From a virus, in the IMG/VR virus record IMGVR_UViG_3300024255_000001: DNA of 64,000 nt; one strand, given 5' to 3'. The notes under the pieces were generated by a model that saw only the letters and a list, made by a program, of their open reading frames with translations, ran no database searches and was not told the DNA's origin. The first letter of the stretch is position 1. Each line of letters starts with the position of its first letter. Positions 20,001-28,939 of this stretch are shown piece by piece. Position numbers and translations under genes: made by a program.

Positions 20001-22663
20001 ACTGTATTATAGTAAACACCAACATCGTATGTTTGGTATTTTATCCTTGGCGGGCAATCTTGTGCATATCCATCACTTCCTTCTACCCAAGCACCTTGTT
20101 GAAATTCAAAGTATTTGTCAGTATCGGCTGAAACACTATCATTATAGTAACCTGTTAATGCTGTAAACTCAGCAGGCGCAGAATTACTAAGATATGTATT
20201 AGCTATAACTTCATCAGTAAATATCTGTCCTCCTGCTGTAATAACTTGGCTTAATAAGACTGGCTGATTACTTGGATTTGTAGCATCTATTACGTTTTGC
20301 CAAACGGTTTGGCCTCCGTACTCATAAGTGCCTGCACATAAATCATTTACATCTTCATCAAAGTTAACAGTTATTTCCCATGCATTCCCTAAACTAACTT
20401 GACATTCTACAATAGTTTCTATTACATCTATGCCAAGCTGTATAGCTTTAGCATCACCACCACTAGTAGCCGAAACCGATAACCATCTAGTAGCTGGGTT
20501 AGAAGTACTAATCGCCGTTCCAAAAGCTGCATCTAAATAAATTTGATCTCCTGACGTTAAATCAGCTATACTAGTATTCCCGCTAGTTGCATCTAAATAA
20601 CCAGTATTACTTCTAGTTGCTGAACAAGCTTCGTCTGAGTTTGTTACAAATGCAGAATACTTTATTGCAATGGCCGCGGTTGGATTAACAGTTATCACTA
20701 CAGTATATGGGGTGGGCGCATCTTCATACCCATCATTAACCTGTATTACAAATGTAATTTGATCAGGCTGTGTTATACTATAGTTAGCTTCATACGTCCA
20801 AGCACCAGTTGTATTGTCTAAATCTAAAGAACCTGGGTTAGTAATGCCATTCGAAGAAGTTGGCCCTGATACGATACTCCATACTAATTGATCTCCAGTA
20901 TTAGAGTCAGAAGCAGATGCTGTACCACCAGTACTACTCCATTGATCTAAAGTAGTATTAAATGAAGTATTTGAAAATGTTGGAGGATTATTACCGGGAG
21001 CTAAAGTTCTTAATGTAATTATACCCACACCAGTTGATTCTTCACCATCTGTATCTGTTACCTTGTAATAAAAATACTCTTCTAGATTACTATTATTAGG
21101 TGTTAAATTAAGACCACTCTTTTTTGTATAAGTAAACGTAAAAGCACCTACATTTGAGTTAACTACAAAATCACCGTTCGTTAAACTTGCTGCAACTTGT
21201 GCTTCAGTTTGTGGAGTACCTGTATTATCACATAAAGTATATGTTAAAAGAGCCGACGCATCATTATCATCTGTTGAACCAGCTGAGGCAAGATCTTGTT
21301 GTGTTGATATATTAGTAGTACCAAATCCATTAATAGAATATGTTGCATTTCCAGGAACTGGGGCTTGATTTTGTGGCGGGTTAATTGTAACTGTAATAGT
21401 TCCAACTGTAGTTCCACCGTCACTATCTATTGCAGTATATGAAAAAGCATCATTACCCGTATAATCAGTATTTGGCGTATATATTATAGATGGCTGATTT
21501 CCAGTTAAAACAGCACTTGTCGATAAATTTGACCCCTGTGCATTTGCATCCTGAATATTACCATTTTGCGGCACACTAGTTATTTCAATAGTTAATCCGT
21601 TACCAAATTGATCTTCAGCATCAGATACATTACTCTGTTGCCCTGAGCCAACTGACCAACCACTACCACTAGCAAAATTTAAAGTTATTGGAGTACCATT
21701 CATAGTCATAGTCCTACTAAAATCAGGAGCTACTGGAAGGTTATTACCACCGGTTTGTGAAATTAATAAACTTGTAGAATTTACACCATTAACCCCTGGA
21801 TGTCGTAATGTAAAAGCCTGGCTTCTACCACTAGCAGTTGGGTTAGCATTAATATTAAATTCAATACTACCACCAGTTACAGTTGAAGATACATTAGTTG
21901 AAATCCAAGCAACTGTACTAGGATTAGGGTCAATGTGACTCGAGTTAAATGCAGTTGAGTTATTTGTAATTGTAAAAATCCTAGTTGTACTAGATGCCGC
22001 GGCCGGAGCATTATATGTGGCATCATTATTCCAAGCAATCGCTGGAGCTAAAGTTGTCGTTGTACCCGTCCCACTAACTTGGCATGTTATAGCAACACCG
22101 GAATTTGAATATCCAGCAGGTGCAATAACATCAACATCATAATTTTGAGTACCCAATGCATATTGAGGAGGGTCAACACTATCTATTGTACCTTCATCTA
22201 CCGAAGCTATAACATTAATTCCGACTGCACCGGCTTGTATTGACACATTAGCTTCAGAACATGTAAACTCTGGCAATGTTGTCGTTGTTGTAGGCTCCTC
22301 AGTTGTCGTTGTTGGGGCCTCAGTTGTCGTTGTTGGGGCCTCAGTTGTCGTACTAGTCGTTATTATTGACGCGGATATTAAACCAGAATTAGATATTTGT
22401 GTGGCAACAATACTACCATCATTTGGTTGTTGGAATGCGTAGAAATCTTGTCCCCCTGCAAATCCACTACTTAAAGTACCTGAAGCTGCATCGGGATTAT
22501 TATCATTCACCTGATAAACAATGTCACCGGTCGTAACATAACCCACATTATTACTGTCATTAACCCAAGCAATAATTGTACTTCCTGTCCCCCAGTTTGC
22601 TATCGCACTGGCAGCAGTAGAAAATCCAGATGTAGTATTAAGTGTAAAACTTATATTTGCCAT
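14093..22663 (-). CDS. Giant virion protein (2856 aa): N-terminal adhesin region plus large C-terminal structural region
   Basis: TTTTEAP linker, BACON-like WIST...NANPTASGRS, and cadherin/Ig-like repeats (YTPNTDYTGNDAFSYTAID; PTFSNT...ASDS...VND); GATATATA upstream. Confidence 0.75.
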   Translation of the reverse strand: MANISFTLNTTSGFSTAASAIANWGTGSTIIAWVNDSNNVGYVTTGDIVYQVNDNNPDAASGTLSSGFAGGQDFYAFQQPNDGSIVATQISNSGLISASIITTSTTTEAPTTTTEAPTTTTEEPTTTTTLPEFTCSEANVSIQAGAVGINVIASVDEGTIDSVDPPQYALGTQNYDVDVIAPAGYSNSGVAITCQVSGTGTTTTLAPAIAWNNDATYNAPAAASSTTRIFTITNNSTAFNSSHIDPNPSTVAWISTNVSSTVTGGSIEFNINANPTASGRSQAFTLRHPGVNGVNSTSLLISQTGGNNLPVAPDFSRTMTMNGTPITLNFASGSGWSVGSGQQSNVSDAEDQFGNGLTIEITSVPQNGNIQDANAQGSNLSTSAVLTGNQPSIIYTPNTDYTGNDAFSYTAIDSDGGTTVGTITVTINPPQNQAPVPGNATYSINGFGTTNISTQQDLASAGSTDDNDASALLTYTLCDNTGTPQTEAQVAASLTNGDFVVNSNVGAFTFTYTKKSGLNLTPNNSNLEEYFYYKVTDTDGEESTGVGIITLRTLAPGNNPPTFSNTSFNTTLDQWSSTGGTASASDSNTGDQLVWSIVSGPTSSNGITNPGSLDLDNTTGAWTYEANYSITQPDQITFVIQVNDGYEDAPTPYTVVITVNPTAAIAIKYSAFVTNSDEACSATRSNTGYLDATSGNTSIADLTSGDQIYLDAAFGTAISTSNPATRWLSVSATSGGDAKAIQLGIDVIETIVECQVSLGNAWEITVNFDEDVNDLCAGTYEYGGQTVWQNVIDATNPSNQPVLLSQVITAGGQIFTDEVIANTYLSNSAPAEFTALTGYYNDSVSADTDKYFEFQQGAWVEGSDGYAQDCPPRIKYQTYDVGVYYNTVDPIRIDNVCLADDSDLVLTKLYFRANQEDGVGSLSELAKLQYILQHNIVPFTSLEAANQVDYGLSWSSTTFLASKVNVDSFNNATYSLDTDRRFAVWENYNSSGYTGNYVWKGVVGNDTDLLQGSTGNASTEDANIILGTCSTQFERPAGSSTFEVGQSIASRENVFYAFLSCVARFQDGSPYWNLYVIDGLHKDTDNGSSYIKELHEVIGDRGIINGPTVLECMSMQHKIVAVNIDDAQDILDNITEYNNDSIRTVQVNPVDLGLSSAAVINYGYTDCEGCLMQTELPQTYTLATVDDADIINKSIPNFNLEKNYSLDNISKPLLRTNPKLSTNAKLVVNSNGKMYIESIEATKELASVEYKKWAVNKDGKWSYDLQRFFKNTKTPADQIYKIKESYSNFAVQDTFEHQIEEDYHYGTVYNYSKIHDEDFRMMAPIWLDKTIPNKFVIFRVKDPIGTLDFDTRSNLDNIKEILKNSEIVKTFDLSRDSELGTYIRNHIQSESFPKTPITMNFDKLQRSSFNGIDLENGGFTSKGEYLDSDFISQDSTLIDANELITSGFQRNKLACANLINLEFLFNDDAATDYSVSRYFGLYVNDIDSGYGTLDSANTGRLKFKNVNSYINSENSSAIPPYKLISETPTLGYAATSDKFYKISPKTVYNPSNLELNVEDSRNSIASEIKLAETGNSIDIKVDGKPGSDFVKVNILENPAVNDGFAIFPSKEQTYRLKFTRLIPQQSLGQEDWKFTIVNPTDGQLLEFGPIYIDGQGIQGVATYIQNRIGEEDQFTGAKVYPELYNNLNIEVESDRSIILSEKRATLKPLQPDFIPWQSNGVNNSIVRIEELQVPYDIDNNTFFALDIPAGQFGGVNFSNQGTIPQVTSAIVKSINSIDNGFTALSYDGADHFYIKTDVQGYRLLSAGIAIPNANANQWISVDSNNLDVNNLLRLDINDCDSPENCNTINNSSIYYFNGGNSTGKSILVTLDSASDINVNDYINTKSRGIYNKVIDIVDDIERLPLQYKKIVLEKPNTIEAGEIKTYADNLVKVGLFSAFDIHDMNFDFYDTSNSDLKELVYETPANIAYEPEQDDSNDIYPFGSKENTEYTLNPVDYFNGLSDILLEEQADEFNENQITSEFDRLQENYLKEYAIKSRVVPSINKWVLKDSLTVREQPYYLNANEAFGRSNFAPDLSADGRNRLGMTHEWFYINNLPAYFKNNVGSDANPVYRLNDSFSYINFMDNFEITPAIFKDTNYDYFDRFFVTEGFETKGNNNYKTFVKTDRQKKYTRVEGGNNTAFASTIFKGLKFIFKGRKEFTASNPVDFIKSSEFNGYRFSILLNVKTAQESNGIDYEVIQNKKFKFVVFMISLSLDDLWSDGTLNRKLLYELNHSLVWKSENLTFEYSDIKIDGALNLRDANFTDPSASNYLEVNGLQHVDGSIPQFLEQINKDDDSKFGNLIVKIESPFGEMFLRLNIARLDGQDTLVLAQPPKDISDGDNGDGLDSNGVPLTPNANLQNIPAYLQSTAEYTYEKGGINAYKSILDALSARDVATMLLREPNNIVFTTVNNDGQVLNNQFVINLEDGTEIVKDSKVQTIPDTDKPESFKLFSGNIGYDLTDGFTYYPFLVRQNGGYTVDTKPVVTFTDVYSHMKTNTLQSTSDSTEIILEEQMYKHSLTDIDEINLAKDYYKRYNRCGVAFNLGFIYDGGTHDNQWGYIKNHFYRKVNEFNAASVTKLSTSTDKLPLYPLIGEVAIDKKDVHVFKSSWDKNYYTRSLSGGNIEQVPGTFETKEEKSYLASTIMKVKDSYNLLNFTSEYVGSEEEQDVILLDNTNTTDLVIFENKDNIIVDFYITDTIKDKLSSDGVFNAIQQYVAVADSAEDKTTLVDDAQLYIEENLVNLFSLNQIKLFTRRIKGQFSAFENATTIDALDDGGYTQDQNFTFRAHEQKPLNFRLIYNKRLGYSYRIRPMIKITS
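14149..14156 (-). promoter_or_regulatory. Putative late promoter GATATATA
   Basis: Inside the 3' end of the giant gene, 60 nt before the ATG at 14088. Confidence 0.6.
22277..22362 (-). repeat. 21-nt repeats encoding TTTTEAP mucin-like linker
   Basis: GTTGTCGTTGTTGGGGCCTCA units. Confidence 0.85.
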
Positions 22664-22700
22664 TTAACTTTAATTCTATTTTAGAGAATTCCTTCTCTAG

Positions 22701-22708
22701 TATATATC
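22701..22708 (-). promoter_or_regulatory. Putative late promoter GATATATA
   Basis: Intergenic, 37 nt before the ATG at 22663. Confidence 0.7.
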
Positions 22709-22729
22709 CCCACTTTGAGATACCACTTA

Positions 22730-25700
22730 TTACTGAGATATTGGTCTAAGTAATCTTGCAGCTTTAATAGAATTTAAGTTCTTTCCTTTAGCACCGTATT
22801 TAGCAAATACTTCTAAGTCAAATGAGAATTGTTCACCATACTTATCAAAAATATCTAAACCGATTTTCTTAGTATATGTTAAATTATTAAAAGCAAGTCT
22901 AGCTAAACCACCAACTCTACCAGTATCTATTTGTTCATCATTACCAAAGTAATCAGTCATTCTATATTGAAATACAATATCTACAGAAACTGCATTTGAC
23001 TCATTATCTTTTTTAGCATTAATTGATTTTCCAGATCTTTTGGTTTCACCGCTTACTTTTAGTGTGTCAATATTAACAGGTGATGCAAATAAGAATGCAC
23101 CACATGATTGTCCACCTAATAGGTATTGGTCACTAGCATCAAACGACATTTTAAGAGGTCTTTCATTAGCTATATCAGATTCTGACGTTCCCCATAGACC
23201 ATTACCATCGTGGTATGCCATTTGTTGTTTTGAACTAATTTGATTAGTAGTTAAATCATAACCAAAAATACTTAACAACTGAGAACCAGTACCTTGTGTA
23301 GCCGACTTAGTCATTGAAAAAATCATAGATTTTTTAATACTTTCTAAGTCATAATTAGCGGCGTTGTTTTCAACACTATCCCATATATTTGCTAATAACG
23401 GGTGGTCTTTATGTAAGAATAAACCATTATTATATGCAGTTAATCCAATTGTTGATGTAGAAGTAACTTTAATTTTATTAGTATTCCAATCCCCAGTATA
23501 GTCCTCAAAATCACCAGCCCAAATAAAATCAGAATCACCATACAATCCGGTTGAATTCCAAGGTAATACTGGATTGGTTCCGTCAGTATACGTACTTAAA
23601 TCATATTCGTAATCTGAAATTGTAGGATCTCCGGAAATATTACTTAAAGGAGCTGTTAAATAATGTGGGTTTTGATTAGCCACATCCATATATCTACTAT
23701 AAACAAATTGACCTCTTCTTTGAGCAGATTGATATGGAGCTTGATACGTTTTTTCGTATAAACCCGCTCCAGAACCTGAACCTACATTCTGATACTGAAT
23801 AGGTACTAAATCATAGTTACCTTCTTCTTGATAGTAATTATCTCTATTTACTTTATTATCAATTCCTGCACCATTTTGATCGTTTAATCCAATACCAAAA
23901 TTATTAGAACTTGCAGCTAAATCATTACTAGACGTAAAAGATCTATATACTGGTTTTGTTCTATCACCGATTAGTCTAGATACTAATTCTAATTTAGTAG
24001 CCTTACTATTTTCTAATTGTAGTTTAAACGTCTTAGTAACAATATGTCCCTTTCTAACTGTTAAGTCTGCAACCTCATCCACATAGTAACCAGCAAATAG
24101 CTGTGTCGTAGTGTCTTTTGCAATATTAGTAACAGTACCTTCTTCGTCAACGATCTTAACAACCAATTCACCAACCTCTGCTTCAACCTCAGATTTAAGA
24201 CCTGCTATTTGAGCTTCTAGTTGTGCAATTTTATCATAGACTGAAATTGGCTTTTGCTCTGGTGATAAAAATCCAGATGCTATATTAGTTGCAACGTGTG
24301 CGTAATAGTTTTCGTTAGCAGTAAATGCATCACTAACGTGAGTAAATACACCTTGTGCAGTTAATTCTTCTGTAATTTGAACTTTAGCAAGTTCTGCAGT
24401 ATTAACCTCAACTACAGCAGCAACATCAGTTGTATCAATTTCTTCTTCCGGGAATGAAACTTGAATTGGCTCTGACCAATCAGATAACATTGGATTAGCA
24501 GGGAAACCAGCTTCAGAAACTGACTTAACTCTAATCTCTACTAATTCACCTTGATTAATAGCAATATCTAATTGATTAAAGTTAATCTCTTGACCATCTT
24601 CAATCCTAGTATCTTGCCATGTAAACTTACTAGCAATATTTCCATCATTATCAATAGATTTAGCTCTATCTCTAACTTTAGTTTTAGCCTCATTCCAATT
24701 TGAGAATACCGCTGCTTTTTCTCTATCTTCTTCTGTAAATTTAAGTTGTGCAACCTCAGCGGCTTTACCAGACGTTGATAAGTATCTATATTGTACAACA
24801 AACTGTACAACGTTTTGATCTAAAGTATCTGCAACCTGTTTTGGTGCAGGTACAGACCAGAATCCTCTAATTCTATATTTAGGAGAAATCTTAGCTACAT
24901 TAGATGAAGAAGATAATGCCTGAATTTGTGTTACAATCGAGTTGTATAATTTAGCCTCAGAAGTTCTCTCTTCGATCAGCGAGTTTAACTCAGATTTATC
25001 TTTATCTTTTTGTACTTGAGATGCGTATTTTTTAGTTGCAATTTCAGTTCTCTTCTTAGAAATAGTATCATCTAATTTCTTAACAGCCTCTTCAACTGTA
25101 GCTTTATCAGCAGATAATTTTTTAATCTTATCAGCAGAATCATTTTCAGTTAAGTGTTTATTAATCTGAACTACTTTAAAATTATCAGCTACTAGAGTTG
25201 GAGCATTAGGAGTTACACCTACCGTCGCTGGAGGAATATTATCTTCTTTAATAGACGTAATAAGTCTACCAAAGTCAGCCACATTCTCTTTGTAATAATC
25301 AGCTAATAAAATAATTGAACCATCTTCTTGAAGAATTTCTAAATCATTTGAATAGAATCCAGCACCAGGTGACCAGCTTTCAGCTAATATCTTAGATTCC
25401 GGATCTACTGCTTTTACAAACATTAAGATTCTCTCATCAAATCCAACAGGCACTTCAATTGATAAATTATTATCTTCTACCTTGTAAATAGATAAACCAC
25501 CTGCACCAATCTTAATAGCTTCATAGCCCTCTAGCAATTCTAATTCAACCTGACGTGTTGAAGCATCAAGCTTATTAATCTTATATCTTGTGTTTTTAGA
25601 ACCACCAGTGACCATCAATTGATCTCCTACGCGTAGTAATTCAGTCTCATCCAGGTCTTTAGTATTATCTGAATACGTTAGGCTATCTAAAGTATAAAGT

Positions 25701-26407
25701 TTAATAGACCGTTTAACTGTTACTCCATTCTCAACAACTTCTCTTTTAGAGTTAGAAATTGATAAGACATCAAATCTACCAGTATATTGTGTAGTTCTAT
25801 ATGGCATATCTCTTAACTCTTCGTCAAGTGTATATGCAATGTTGTTATTGACAATATCTCTAATCGCAGTTAGATAGTCAATACTATCCTGGTTTCTATA
25901 ATTTTCATTAAAGAAATCTACTGCAACTTGATTTGTACCATCAAATAAAATTCTTTTTACTAAGACTCTTTCTGTATCGTTTGGAATCTGCCCACTTACA
26001 TCAATTGATGTGGTTAACATTGGGTTTAAGAAATCCTCTGCAAAATAGTTAGGCTTAGACTCAAACACAGTTGGTCTTGATAAAGTAGTAATATCGTTTG
26101 CAGGAGTCTTTAGCGAAGTAGTAACTATATTTTGAAAAGTACCATCGGCTAATTTAACCTTAGTTGTACCTTTACTTAGACCTGCTAATGCTTTTAGATT
26201 ATTATCTAATCTCTCAAGCTCTTTTTTCATATAACCAAAGCCAGGAACTGATACTATTTTAGTACCCTCGTCAGTTAGTATCTCTAACGGGATGTCCTTA
26301 GCATTTGTAGTTACTGCTTCATTAATACGCTCAAAAGTCTTTAGAGAATTAGCATTAATCTCTAGCAGCTTCTTCAAAGAATTGGATATAGAGTTGTTAG
26401 TGTTCAT
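22730..26407 (-). CDS. Large baseplate/tail structural protein (coiled coil, FN3-like segment)
   Basis: 1225 aa in the baseplate operon; EIRVKSVSEAG...SDWSEP is FN3-like. Confidence 0.6.
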   Translation of the reverse strand: MNTNNSISNSLKKLLEINANSLKTFERINEAVTTNAKDIPLEILTDEGTKIVSVPGFGYMKKELERLDNNLKALAGLSKGTTKVKLADGTFQNIVTTSLKTPANDITTLSRPTVFESKPNYFAEDFLNPMLTTSIDVSGQIPNDTERVLVKRILFDGTNQVAVDFFNENYRNQDSIDYLTAIRDIVNNNIAYTLDEELRDMPYRTTQYTGRFDVLSISNSKREVVENGVTVKRSIKLYTLDSLTYSDNTKDLDETELLRVGDQLMVTGGSKNTRYKINKLDASTRQVELELLEGYEAIKIGAGGLSIYKVEDNNLSIEVPVGFDERILMFVKAVDPESKILAESWSPGAGFYSNDLEILQEDGSIILLADYYKENVADFGRLITSIKEDNIPPATVGVTPNAPTLVADNFKVVQINKHLTENDSADKIKKLSADKATVEEAVKKLDDTISKKRTEIATKKYASQVQKDKDKSELNSLIEERTSEAKLYNSIVTQIQALSSSSNVAKISPKYRIRGFWSVPAPKQVADTLDQNVVQFVVQYRYLSTSGKAAEVAQLKFTEEDREKAAVFSNWNEAKTKVRDRAKSIDNDGNIASKFTWQDTRIEDGQEINFNQLDIAINQGELVEIRVKSVSEAGFPANPMLSDWSEPIQVSFPEEEIDTTDVAAVVEVNTAELAKVQITEELTAQGVFTHVSDAFTANENYYAHVATNIASGFLSPEQKPISVYDKIAQLEAQIAGLKSEVEAEVGELVVKIVDEEGTVTNIAKDTTTQLFAGYYVDEVADLTVRKGHIVTKTFKLQLENSKATKLELVSRLIGDRTKPVYRSFTSSNDLAASSNNFGIGLNDQNGAGIDNKVNRDNYYQEEGNYDLVPIQYQNVGSGSGAGLYEKTYQAPYQSAQRRGQFVYSRYMDVANQNPHYLTAPLSNISGDPTISDYEYDLSTYTDGTNPVLPWNSTGLYGDSDFIWAGDFEDYTGDWNTNKIKVTSTSTIGLTAYNNGLFLHKDHPLLANIWDSVENNAANYDLESIKKSMIFSMTKSATQGTGSQLLSIFGYDLTTNQISSKQQMAYHDGNGLWGTSESDIANERPLKMSFDASDQYLLGGQSCGAFLFASPVNIDTLKVSGETKRSGKSINAKKDNESNAVSVDIVFQYRMTDYFGNDEQIDTGRVGGLARLAFNNLTYTKKIGLDIFDKYGEQFSFDLEVFAKYGAKGKNLNSIKAARLLRPISQ

Positions 26408-26408
26408 A

Positions 26409-28349
26409 TTATCTTAAAATATCTACTTCAAATACAAAGTTAACTGGATCTGTACATACCAGTTCAATGTATGGTTTATTCGTTAGTAATTGCGATGGGT
26501 CAATATCTACAATATTTTGCCAACCGCCTGATTTGTTTGTCCAAACTTTAATATTGTTACCATCTACATCAATAGTATCAAATGCAATTTTAAAAGATTG
26601 TCCTTTCGTCCAACCTGTTACTGAATCATCAACATATATATTTAGGTTCCCATTTAGTGGATCGGCACTTAATTTATTCTTTAAGCTTAATCTATTACTA
26701 TAAGAATTTAATTTAGTCCAAACACCATTAATATTAGAGTTTGAGTTATCAAATAGATTAGTACCTCCTAATACGCTACCACTTACCACACTAGATGCAA
26801 TATCCCATTGGAATACATCGTTGACTACATAGCCCTCGACAGAGTTATTAACCTTGATTTTACCAGCAATTGATTTATCAACATTAGTACCTTTACCTGC
26901 AAAGATTACATCTGTATTATACTGTAACTCTACTGGAATTGTACCATCAATTAGCTGATTAATTTTTGTATGTGCATTATTAATTAGGCTTAATAGTGCA
27001 TTTGAATCTTGTAGTTGTAGAGACGATGCTGTAAAGTCATCCTCTAACTCTTTAATTCTACCCTCAAGTGCAGCAGCTTGTGCTGTGCCTAGGATAATAT
27101 TCTCTAAAGAGTCTAATCTTTCTACAATTTTACTATATCTATTATTAGCTTGTAATAGTAGATCGGTTGCATTCTCTAACGCAGTAGTTGTGTCCATAAA
27201 TAGATCCATTGAGAAAGTAGTAAAGTCATTTACACTTGTCTCAACGCCTACATTATCTAGCGATGAATTAAATTTAAGATTTAATTTTAAAGAGTATGCA
27301 TTACCATTTAAACCAGTAACTTCATTTGGCTTAAACTTAATTTGTTCATGGATTTTAGATCCAGGGCCATAAGCATCTGTAATATCATCTAAGATTAAGA
27401 TACCGTATAGGTTTGTTGCTCTATTCGCAGGAATAGAAGAACTATATAAATCGTAATAAACTAAAACAGCATTAAATCTAAACTGTTGTCCAGTTTTTGC
27501 GTAATCCAATAGTGATTCAACATCTGGATTATTTTGAATTGGCTCATAAGAAACCGTGTCCCAGTCAATTTGAACTGAGTTTGTAGCATTAGTTTGAATA
27601 TCATAATATGCTGCAGTATTTGCCGTTGAACCTGCATCTACTATAGGTAATAAGTTGATATTTGGGTCAGGGTGTGTTTGCCCTTCTCTACCCTCAACAT
27701 TAGTATTATTTACATCTAAATAAAGTTTAGTTGCAGACGTATTATAGTCTGTTGGTTTAAATAAAACTAGAGGTGTATAACCTACCGCTGTTGGCACGTT
27801 AATATAAACTTCATGGTAAGTATTACCTTGATATGCTACGTCGTTCTCTGCGTCAATACTACCTAAGTACTTAACTACTTTATCGTAGTTCGAGCCACCT
27901 AAGATCGCATTATCGTTTTCTGAGTAGGCTCCTGTAGAAGACTCATTAGAGTCCGTTGGTCTAAAATCAATTGCACCTAATGAAGATAACCACTTAAAGA
28001 AAATCTTTTCTGAATCTGATTGCAGTAAGATTGGGTCATAGTCATCGTCCTTTAGAAGTAACTCTTCTAAATTCAATGCATAATTTTGGAATGTTTGTGC
28101 GAAATCCACATTAGGCATATTGGCGTTATACACTGCACCTGATTGCTCCTTTAAATTCAGTTCAAAGTCGATAGTATTAGAACCATTAACAGAGTCTGTA
28201 AAATCAGGTAAGTCTAGTAAAGCGAATTTACTAAACTCAAAATTGATGTCAGCGCTATTAAATGCTCTAGTAATATCTCTTGCTGCTGAAGCAAAAGCAT
28301 ACATCGTGCCGCCCTGCGGTTGTGGTATTCTTACTAATGGTGTTGCCAT
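26409..28349 (-). CDS. Putative baseplate structural protein
   Basis: 646 aa, tightly coupled within the baseplate operon. Confidence 0.55.
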   Translation of the reverse strand: MATPLVRIPQPQGGTMYAFASAARDITRAFNSADINFEFSKFALLDLPDFTDSVNGSNTIDFELNLKEQSGAVYNANMPNVDFAQTFQNYALNLEELLLKDDDYDPILLQSDSEKIFFKWLSSLGAIDFRPTDSNESSTGAYSENDNAILGGSNYDKVVKYLGSIDAENDVAYQGNTYHEVYINVPTAVGYTPLVLFKPTDYNTSATKLYLDVNNTNVEGREGQTHPDPNINLLPIVDAGSTANTAAYYDIQTNATNSVQIDWDTVSYEPIQNNPDVESLLDYAKTGQQFRFNAVLVYYDLYSSSIPANRATNLYGILILDDITDAYGPGSKIHEQIKFKPNEVTGLNGNAYSLKLNLKFNSSLDNVGVETSVNDFTTFSMDLFMDTTTALENATDLLLQANNRYSKIVERLDSLENIILGTAQAAALEGRIKELEDDFTASSLQLQDSNALLSLINNAHTKINQLIDGTIPVELQYNTDVIFAGKGTNVDKSIAGKIKVNNSVEGYVVNDVFQWDIASSVVSGSVLGGTNLFDNSNSNINGVWTKLNSYSNRLSLKNKLSADPLNGNLNIYVDDSVTGWTKGQSFKIAFDTIDVDGNNIKVWTNKSGGWQNIVDIDPSQLLTNKPYIELVCTDPVNFVFEVDILR

Positions 28350-28374
28350 CTACAGTTTCGGTTTAATTTAATTA

Positions 28375-28932
28375 TTATGATATTGTACAAGCGTGTGCGC
28401 TAATTACATACCATACGTTTTCAAAACATCTTAGTGTTATCGTTGAGTTATTGCCATCTAAAGAGATTGAAGCAGCTCCTAAATTAACTGTACCAGATGT
28501 TGTTACAGTAGCAGCGCCACCGCTCTTGTTGATTAAGGTAACCTCTTGTCCGTCTACACCTGCTGGAATGTCATAGTTGCCATTCATAAAGTAAGTGCCC
28601 TTGTCGATAGTCGTTGGGGCAGCTACTGGTGCACTTGCAGAACCACTTACACCTGATTTAACAATTGAACCACCAAAGCTCACAGATGAAGAGAATGTAG
28701 CTGCTGTGCCAATTAATGCACCCGCAGTACTTACTCTAAATAATGTAGATCCATTGACCACATTAAGTTCTTGAGATATAGCATTTGTTAAACCGGCTAA
28801 TACTGCAGTTGTTGGGTCTAATAGACCTGTAACTGAAGCTAGTTCGTCGTTTAGAAGTTCGAAGTTACTATTAATAACTGGTCTTGAAGATGAAACCGAG
28901 TCTGTACCTAAAATTTCAGTAATGTTTGCCAT
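28375..28932 (-). CDS. Short fibre/baseplate appendage (gp9/gp10-type N-terminus)
   Basis: TDSVSSSRPVINSNF motif, shared in form with the N-terminus of the 12001-14088 protein. Confidence 0.6.
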   Translation of the reverse strand: MANITEILGTDSVSSSRPVINSNFELLNDELASVTGLLDPTTAVLAGLTNAISQELNVVNGSTLFRVSTAGALIGTAATFSSSVSFGGSIVKSGVSGSASAPVAAPTTIDKGTYFMNGNYDIPAGVDGQEVTLINKSGGAATVTTSGTVNLGAASISLDGNNSTITLRCFENVWYVISAHACTIS

Positions 28933-28939
28933 TTTTCGT

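Noticed and set aside
12001-22663. Diversity-generating retroelement targeting the fibres
   Set aside because: No reverse transcriptase and no TR/VR pair with adenine-specific mismatches was seen in the window.
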